A stretch of 63,982 nt of DNA, the filler included. It is 6 parts of 6 records of this genome, joined end to end, with 100 filler letters (N's around TTAATTAATTAA, not from the genome) between each part and the next. Parts side by side here need not be neighbours in the genome. Positions count along the whole stretch, not along the records: positions 57,459 to 63,982 come from SRR20825019_2197; 5 more parts are not named here. One strand, written 5' to 3'. Below the pieces are notes generated by a model. The model worked only from the letters and a program-made list of their open reading frames with translations, made no database searches and was not told the DNA's origin. The translations under genes were made by a program, and so were the position numbers. This document shows positions 57,986-63,982 of the stretch, in pieces. Every line of letters begins with the position of its first letter. The stretch's first letter is position 1.

Positions 57986-59758
57986 ATGATTAAACGGGTA
58001 TCCGGGACGGGCGGGGAACGGATCATTGACGGGGTCGGTGTTTCCGCCGGGTTCGCCATTGGTGTTGCGCATGTCGTCGAGACAGGCCTCGGCCAACTGC
58101 CGGAATATGAGCTGGACGACGCGGATGTGGATGCGGAAGTCGAGCGCTTCCGCGCGGCTCTGGCCAAGGCACAGAAGCAGGTCGGCAAGCTCCGGCAAAA
58201 GACGAACGGCATGCCGGAATCCTTGGCGGAGGAGTTGGCTCCCCTGCTGGATGCACATGCCGCGATGCTGGGCTCCAGCCGGATGGGGGCGGGCACCGAG
58301 GCGCAGATTCGCAAGCGCAAGATCAACGCGGAAGCCGCCGTGCAGGCGGTCGTGCATGAGATCAACGAGGCCTTCGCGGCGATGAAGGATCCCTATCTTG
58401 CCGCCCGGATAACGGATGTGCGGGATGTGGCGGGCCGGGTGCTGCGCAACCTCGCGGACAAGCCCTATCAGGCGTTCTCCGTCCTGCCAAAAGACGCGGT
58501 GATCATCGCGGACGAACTCAGCCCCGCCGATACGGCATTGCTCGATCCGAGCCGGGTGGCGGCTTTGGTGACGATCAGCGGCGGGCCGGAAGGGCATTCC
58601 GCGATCATGGCCCGGTCCATGGGGCTGCCGGCGGTTCTGGGTGTGCAGGGATTGCTTGGCAAGGTCCGCTCCGGGGAACGGGTGCTGGTCGATGGCGAGC
58701 ATGGCCGGGTCGTGGTCGCGCCGAGCGACGAGACCCTGGCGGAATTCGCGCGCAAGGCGGAAGCGCGGAAAAGGCTGGATCGCCAGCTTGCCCGGCTGCG
58801 GTCCTTGCCGGCGGAAAGCCAGGACGGCGAGCGTATTTCACTGCTGGCGAACCTGGAGCTGCCACGCGATGTGGAGGCGGCGGTGCAAGCCGGGGCCGAA
58901 GGGGTCGGGTTGCTGCGGACCGAGTTCCTGTTCATGAACCGGGATACGTTGCCAAGCGAAGACGAACAATATGCCGTGCTGCGCGGCATCGTCGAAGGTA
59001 TGGGGGGGCTTCCGGTCACGATCCGGACCCTCGATGTCGGCGGTGACAAGATTTCCCTGGCTCTTGGCGGCAAGATCGGGGTTTCCCCCAATCCGGCTCT
59101 TGGTTTGCGCGGGGTCAGGCTGTCGCTCGCCGAACCCAAACTGTTCGAAACCCAGCTCGCGGCGATCCTGCGCGCGGGGGCGCACGGTCCGGTCAGGCTG
59201 CTGTTGCCGCTGGTCTCCTCGACCGAGCAGATCCGCCAGTCCCGCCGTATCCTGAACAAGGTGGTCAAGCGCCTGACCCGCAAGGGAGTGCGGATCGCCG
59301 ATCCGGTGCCGCCGCTTGGCGCAATGATCGAGGTGCCAGGCGCTGCGCTGATGGCGGACGGTCTGGCCCGGGAGGTTGATTATTTCGCCATCGGGACGAA
59401 CGACCTGACCAGTTACACGCTGGCGATCGACCGTAGCGACGATGCGGTGGCCGGGCTCTACAACCCTTTGCATCCGGCGGTGCTGCGTCTGATCCAGTTT
59501 ACCGTCGATGCCGGGCACCGGGCGGGTATTCCGGTCAGCATTTGCGGTGAGATCGCGGGCGATCCGCGCTATGCGCCGCTGTTGGCCGGTCTTGGCGTGC
59601 GGGAATTCTCCATGAGCTCGCACAGCATTCCGCGCGTAAAGCAGCGGGTGCGGTCACTCGATACCGGTGCCGCCACGCGCCGGGCGCTGGCCATCATGGA
59701 TCAGGGCGACGAGGGGCGGATCTCCGCGCTGCTGGACGATTTCAACGACAGTCTCTAG
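57986..59758 (+). CDS. ptsI: Phosphoenolpyruvate-protein phosphotransferase (Enzyme I, no GAF domain)
   Basis: GHSAIMAR, GVGLLRTEFLF, IRTLDVGGDK, NPALGLRG, IGTNDL, ICGE; 590 aa. Confidence 0.95.
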   Translation: MIKRVSGTGGERIIDGVGVSAGFAIGVAHVVETGLGQLPEYELDDADVDAEVERFRAALAKAQKQVGKLRQKTNGMPESLAEELAPLLDAHAAMLGSSRMGAGTEAQIRKRKINAEAAVQAVVHEINEAFAAMKDPYLAARITDVRDVAGRVLRNLADKPYQAFSVLPKDAVIIADELSPADTALLDPSRVAALVTISGGPEGHSAIMARSMGLPAVLGVQGLLGKVRSGERVLVDGEHGRVVVAPSDETLAEFARKAEARKRLDRQLARLRSLPAESQDGERISLLANLELPRDVEAAVQAGAEGVGLLRTEFLFMNRDTLPSEDEQYAVLRGIVEGMGGLPVTIRTLDVGGDKISLALGGKIGVSPNPALGLRGVRLSLAEPKLFETQLAAILRAGAHGPVRLLLPLVSSTEQIRQSRRILNKVVKRLTRKGVRIADPVPPLGAMIEVPGAALMADGLAREVDYFAIGTNDLTSYTLAIDRSDDAVAGLYNPLHPAVLRLIQFTVDAGHRAGIPVSICGEIAGDPRYAPLLAGLGVREFSMSSHSIPRVKQRVRSLDTGAATRRALAIMDQGDEGRISALLDDFNDSL

Positions 59759-59788
59759 TCTGCGGAAATTCCCGTCCCGCTCCTGCTG

Positions 59789-60979
59789 GTGAGCCCCATG
59801 AGTTTTGTCTTGAATGCCGATGTGCTCAGCGCAATCGAACCGCCGATTGCCGAGTCCCAGACCTGGATTGCCGGCCGGACCTTTCCGCCGGAAAAGCCGC
59901 TGTTGGACCTGTCCCAGGCCGTACCCAGCTATCCGCCCGCAACGGAGCTGACGGATCATGTCGCCGAACGCGCGGCGGATTTCGAAACCGCGCAATATTC
60001 GGTGATCCGGGGCATTCCGGAGCTTCGGCAGGAGCTGGCGGACCATGTCGCGAGCCGCTATGGCGGGGTGATCGGGCCGGAGAATGTGTTGATTTCGGCC
60101 GGCTGCAACCAGGCCTTCTGCATGGCGATCCTGGCCATTGCCCGGGCCGGCGATGCCGTGATGCTGCCGGTGCCCTATTACTTCAATCACCAGATGTGGC
60201 TGGAAATGCAGGGGATCGACCCGATCCATCTGCCCTTCCGGTTCGACCGGGCCGGTGTGCCGGATCCGGAAGAGGCCCGCAAACTGCTGACGGACAAGAC
60301 TAAAGCCATCGTGCTGGTCTCGCCGAACAACCCGACCGGCGCCGTCTATCCGCCGGAGGTGATCGCCGAATTCCGCGATCTTGCCGCCGAACGCGGCATC
60401 GCGCTGATCCTGGACGAGACCTACCGGGATTTTCTGGAAGACGAGAACGGCCCGCCGCACGACCTGTTCAGGGACGAGAAGTGGGGCGAGACGCTGATCC
60501 AGCTCTACAGCTTCTCCAAGACCTTCAGCCTGACCGGCTACCGGGCTGGTTCCGTCATGGCTGGGGCCAAGACCATCGACGCGGTGACCAAGATCATGGA
60601 CACGATCCAGATCTGCACGCCGCGTATCTCGCAATATGCCGCGCTCTATGGCCTGCGCCATGTCTGGCCATGGGTGGCGGGGAAGCGGGATATGCTGAAG
60701 GGGCGCAAGGAAGCACTGGAAGCGGCCTTCCGCTCGAACGATCTCGGCTACGAGCTGGTCTCCGCCGGGGCCTATTTCTCCTATGTCCGGCACCCGTTCG
60801 AGGATCTGAGCGCGAAGCAGGTCGCCCGCAAGCTGGCGGACGAGCAGAATATCCTGTGCCTGCCGGGCAGCTTCTTTGGCCCGGGGCAGGAGCGCTTTCT
60901 GCGCCTGGCTTTCGCCAACGCCACGGCCGAGGACATGCCGGAGCTGGCAAAGCGTCTGCGGGCCAGCCTTGCCGCATGA
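59789..60979 (+). CDS. Class I/II PLP-dependent aminotransferase
   Basis: DLSQAVP, SPNNPTG, LDETY, SFSKTFSLTGYRAG. Confidence 0.92.
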   Translation: MSPMSFVLNADVLSAIEPPIAESQTWIAGRTFPPEKPLLDLSQAVPSYPPATELTDHVAERAADFETAQYSVIRGIPELRQELADHVASRYGGVIGPENVLISAGCNQAFCMAILAIARAGDAVMLPVPYYFNHQMWLEMQGIDPIHLPFRFDRAGVPDPEEARKLLTDKTKAIVLVSPNNPTGAVYPPEVIAEFRDLAAERGIALILDETYRDFLEDENGPPHDLFRDEKWGETLIQLYSFSKTFSLTGYRAGSVMAGAKTIDAVTKIMDTIQICTPRISQYAALYGLRHVWPWVAGKRDMLKGRKEALEAAFRSNDLGYELVSAGAYFSYVRHPFEDLSAKQVARKLADEQNILCLPGSFFGPGQERFLRLAFANATAEDMPELAKRLRASLAA

Positions 60980-61446
60980 CCGGAACACGGCCCTATGACC
61001 CGGAACGTGACGATCTCGCCGAGATTGTCTCTCTGGTTCATCGCGCTTTCGAGCAGTACCGGGGAAAGCTGGAGCCGGAAAGCGGCGCGCTGACGGAAAC
61101 GGTCGACAGTCTGCGCAAAAGGCTGGAGAAGAACCGGCTGTTTCTGGCCGAGGATGACGGCAGGATCAGCGGCGCAGTCTTCGCCACGCAAAAAGGCGAC
61201 GCGGTTTATCTCGACCGGCTGGCCGTCGATCCCGACGTCCGCTGCCGTGGCATCGCCCGCCGTCTGATCGAGGCCGTTGAGGGCCATGCCCGCGCCACCG
61301 GCGCCGCCCGGATCACCCTCGGCGTCCGTCTCGCCCTGCAACACAATATCGAGTATTTCCAACGCTGGGGCTTTGTGGAGATTGGCCGTCAGACCCATGC
61401 AGGCTTCGACGCACCGACCTCGATGGATATGGAAAAGCGGCTCTGA
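60976..61446 (+). CDS. GNAT-family N-acetyltransferase
   Basis: YLDRLAVDPDVRCRGIARRL, NIEYFQRWGF; ATG at 60976 overlaps the aminotransferase stop (ATGA). Confidence 0.88.
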   Translation: MTGTRPYDPERDDLAEIVSLVHRAFEQYRGKLEPESGALTETVDSLRKRLEKNRLFLAEDDGRISGAVFATQKGDAVYLDRLAVDPDVRCRGIARRLIEAVEGHARATGAARITLGVRLALQHNIEYFQRWGFVEIGRQTHAGFDAPTSMDMEKRL

Positions 61447-61476
61447 CTCTCCCATAGCGACAAGCATTGAAGTGTA

Positions 61477-61526
61477 TGACGATTGAAGAATCGTCAATTG
61501 GCGCTTATATTTTCGTCAAATGACGA
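61477..61526. promoter_or_regulatory. Palindromic operator sites upstream of the TA operon
   Basis: TGACGATT-gaag-AATCGTCA (61477-61496) and TCGTCA-AA-TGACGA (61513-61526). Confidence 0.65.
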
Positions 61527-62012
61527 TTGATGGAGATGCATGCCATGGTCGCGCTTGATGTCTATATGAGCCCTGAAAATCTTCCGGGCACAGAAGCCGC
61601 CCGGGTCGGGAAATTGCTGGGTTTGAAAGAGTCCGCTTCCCTGGACGACATCCTGCTGGCGGACCATGTGGCATCCGGGCTTGCCGTGTCGGCAGCCGAG
61701 GCTCTCGGTGATCTCCTCGGACGCGCCAGCATTGTCGGCCCGCTCATTCCGGAAGCGACACTACGCCGGGCTAAAAAGCAGCGGAAAGTGCTTTCGCGGG
61801 AGATGAGTGAGCGGCTCTATGAAGTCTCGCGCGTCATCGATGCTGCGAGCCGGCTCTATCGCGGGGACATGCCGGCGATCTCCCGCTTCCTCAATCGCCC
61901 CCATCCCCTGCTGCATGGCCGCGCACCACTCGATCTCGCGCGGTCCAGCTCGGCGGGGGCGGATGCCGTTATCAACCTGTTGCGACGCGCGGAGTCCGGT
62001 TTCGCTGTATGA
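61527..62012 (+). CDS. Antitoxin, Xre/MbcA/ParS family (start may be 61545)
   Basis: IPEATLRR HTH-like segment, SERLYEVSRV, FLNRPHPLLHGRAPLDL C-terminal domain; overlaps a RES gene. Confidence 0.9.
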   Translation: MMEMHAMVALDVYMSPENLPGTEAARVGKLLGLKESASLDDILLADHVASGLAVSAAEALGDLLGRASIVGPLIPEATLRRAKKQRKVLSREMSERLYEVSRVIDAASRLYRGDMPAISRFLNRPHPLLHGRAPLDLARSSSAGADAVINLLRRAESGFAV

Positions 62013-62494
62013 CGGCCTTGCGGACATTGCCGTCGCCACTGACCGGGTACAGGATCGGCGATCCGGACGGCGAATTCCCGATCTGGGACGATGGTGGCGC
62101 CCGGCAGGCATTCGGCCGCTGGCACGAGGCCGGCTCAGGGGTGATTTATGCCTCCGAGCATTACTCGACCGCGATGCTGGAAAAGCTGGTGCATTTCGGC
62201 GGCGAGCTGCCGGGCAATCAGCATTTCATCGAGATTACGCTCCCGGCGGGCATCTCCTACGAAGTGGTGAACCCGGATATTCTCGCCGGATGGGCGGATA
62301 TTTCCGGCATTGCCGCGCGGGACTACGGCCGGAAATGGTATGCGGAGAAGCGCTCGGCAATTCTCGTGGTTCCGTCCGTTGTCGCCCGGATGGAGCGCAA
62401 CTTTATCTTCCATACGGGCCACGAGGATTTCGCCCGGATCGAGGTTGGGCTGGAAACACCGGTCTGGTGGGACGCCCGGTTATTCGCGCGCTAA
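62009..62494 (+). CDS. RES-domain toxin
   Basis: GYRI (R), GRWH, IYASEHYSTAMLEKLVH (E), VPSVV (S), WWDARLF. Confidence 0.92.
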   Translation: MTALRTLPSPLTGYRIGDPDGEFPIWDDGGARQAFGRWHEAGSGVIYASEHYSTAMLEKLVHFGGELPGNQHFIEITLPAGISYEVVNPDILAGWADISGIAARDYGRKWYAEKRSAILVVPSVVARMERNFIFHTGHEDFARIEVGLETPVWWDARLFAR

Positions 62495-62512
62495 ATGATA
62501 GCGGCTCCTGCC

Positions 62513-63697
62513 TTACCCATGCTTCTGGATAAACGCCGACAATCGCCGCGCCGCTTCATCGAGTGTCTCGTCAGACGCGCCAAAGCTGAGCCGCAGGTGC
62601 CCTGCCAACATGTCGCCAAAGCCCTCGCCCGGGAGCAGGGCGAGCTTCTGTTCTTCCAGCAGTTTCCAGGCGAAATCGGTGGTGTCCATGCCAGTCTCGC
62701 GGATATCGAGCATCAGGAACATGCCGGCATCGGGTTTGCGGACCTTCACCTTTGGCACGGCGGCCAGCGCATCGCAGACCCGGTCGCGGCGGTGCCGGTA
62801 GAGGTCGCGAATCCTGTCCACTGTGTCGACAGCGTCGTCCAGCGCGGTCATGGCGGCTTCCTGCACGAAGGGCGGTGAGCCGAACAGCATGGAGCCCATG
62901 ACCTGTTCGACCGCGTTGATAGTGTCCGGATCGGCGACGATCCAGCCCAGCCGCCAGCCGGTCATCGCATGGCCCTTGGAGAAGCTGTAGACCGAGAGCG
63001 TGCGATCCTTCATGCCGTCGATCAGGCGCGGGCAAAAATGCGGCTGCTCGTAGGTCATCGAGCAATAGACCTCATCGGAAATCAGCCACAGATCATGCTC
63101 GATGCAGATCCGGGCGATCTCCTCCATGGTCTCGCGCGGCCAGACGGCGCCGGTCGGATTGTTCGGCGAGTTGATCACCATCGCCTTGGTTTCCGGGCGC
63201 AGGGCGGCGCGGATTTCGGCCGGGTCCGGAACAAAGCTGTTCTCGGGGCGCAGCGGCACCTGGCTCAGTGTCGCGCCACGGGCGACCAGCGCACCCTGAT
63301 AGGTGACATACATCGGATCGAAGGCGATCACATGATCGCCCGGATTGAGCGTCACCAGCCCGGAGGTGAAGACACCGCACTGGGCGCCGGGAATGACGGC
63401 GACATTCTCCGCCGTGACCTGCTCGCCCATGCGTGCCGTGTGATAGGCGGCGATCTTTTCCCGCAATTGCAGGAAGCCGATGCTTGCCGTGTAGTGATGC
63501 TTGCCATCCCGCAGGGCTGTGACCGCTGTCTCGACAATGCGGTCGTCCGTCGTGAAATCGTGATCGCCGACCGACAGCACGATGACGTCCTCCTCCCCGG
63601 CTCGGTAGCGCTTGCGGGCCTCGGTATGAATTGCCCAGGCGTCATCGGCGTCGCTTCCGCCCATGGCGGCGATATAGGAGGAATGGTGCGGCATCAA
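62513..63697 (-). CDS. PLP-dependent aminotransferase (AspC/AruH-like class I)
   Basis: LSVGDHDF, NSPNNPTG, SDEVY, SFSKGHAMTGWRLGW. Confidence 0.92.
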   Translation of the reverse strand: MMPHHSSYIAAMGGSDADDAWAIHTEARKRYRAGEEDVIVLSVGDHDFTTDDRIVETAVTALRDGKHHYTASIGFLQLREKIAAYHTARMGEQVTAENVAVIPGAQCGVFTSGLVTLNPGDHVIAFDPMYVTYQGALVARGATLSQVPLRPENSFVPDPAEIRAALRPETKAMVINSPNNPTGAVWPRETMEEIARICIEHDLWLISDEVYCSMTYEQPHFCPRLIDGMKDRTLSVYSFSKGHAMTGWRLGWIVADPDTINAVEQVMGSMLFGSPPFVQEAAMTALDDAVDTVDRIRDLYRHRRDRVCDALAAVPKVKVRKPDAGMFLMLDIRETGMDTTDFAWKLLEEQKLALLPGEGFGDMLAGHLRLSFGASDETLDEAARRLSAFIQKHG

Positions 63698-63803
63698 AAC
63701 AGTCTTTCAGCAGGCAACGGGGCGGCCAGATAAGGCGGGCCAGGTGGTGCTGTCAATGCGGCCCCTTGCCCTTTGCCTGCTTGCCCCTATTTTCCCGGGC
63801 TGA

Positions 63804-63982
<179 letters not shown>

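Noticed and set aside
60481-60975. 321-aa version of the GNAT ORF
   Set aside because: Upstream part overlaps the aminotransferase in another frame; the ATGA-coupled start at 60976 is more plausible.

Overview
The window is not one locus. It is six unrelated contigs joined by artificial 100-bp spacers (N44-TTAATTAATTAA-N44). Contig 1 (1-20955) is a compact protist genome with ~50-nt introns. It encodes an SK/KCNN-like K+ channel, CGI121/TPRKB, a Gcn5-like GNAT-coiled-coil-PARP-like fusion, cysteinyl-tRNA synthetase, a B12D/NDUFA4 protein, a PEMT/OPI3-like methyltransferase, a 1012-aa coiled-coil protein, a 4-TM orphan and a MORN+2xC2 protein. Contig 2 (21056-33380) is eukaryotic and intronless: an EGF/filamin/Agd3-type deacetylase with a membrane anchor, a myosin ending in a TBC (Rab-GAP-like) domain, and an RNF170-like RING protein. 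Contig 3 (33481-43120) holds a >2970-aa IQCE-like protein with five ~305-aa repeats. Contig 4 (43221-50088) is gammaproteobacterial (Marinobacter-like by impression): urtA, a CsrB/Rsm-like sRNA with a GacA box, comEA, lutABC, a DMT transporter and gloA. Contig 5 (50189-57358) is eukaryotic with two spliced secreted orphan proteins. Contig 6 (57459-63982) is alphaproteobacterial: EIIA-HPr-EI, two aminotransferases, a GNAT, a Xre-RES toxin-antitoxin pair and the start of ahcY. The most notable items are the GNAT-PARP fusion with altered catalytic residues, the myosin-pseudo-TBC fusion, the membrane-anchored Agd3-like enzyme, the giant repeat protein, GC islands at eukaryotic gene 5' ends carrying a recurrent GAGT/ACTC motif, and the candidate Csr sRNA. 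Spliced gene models were built by eye and family calls come from remembered motifs, not database searches.
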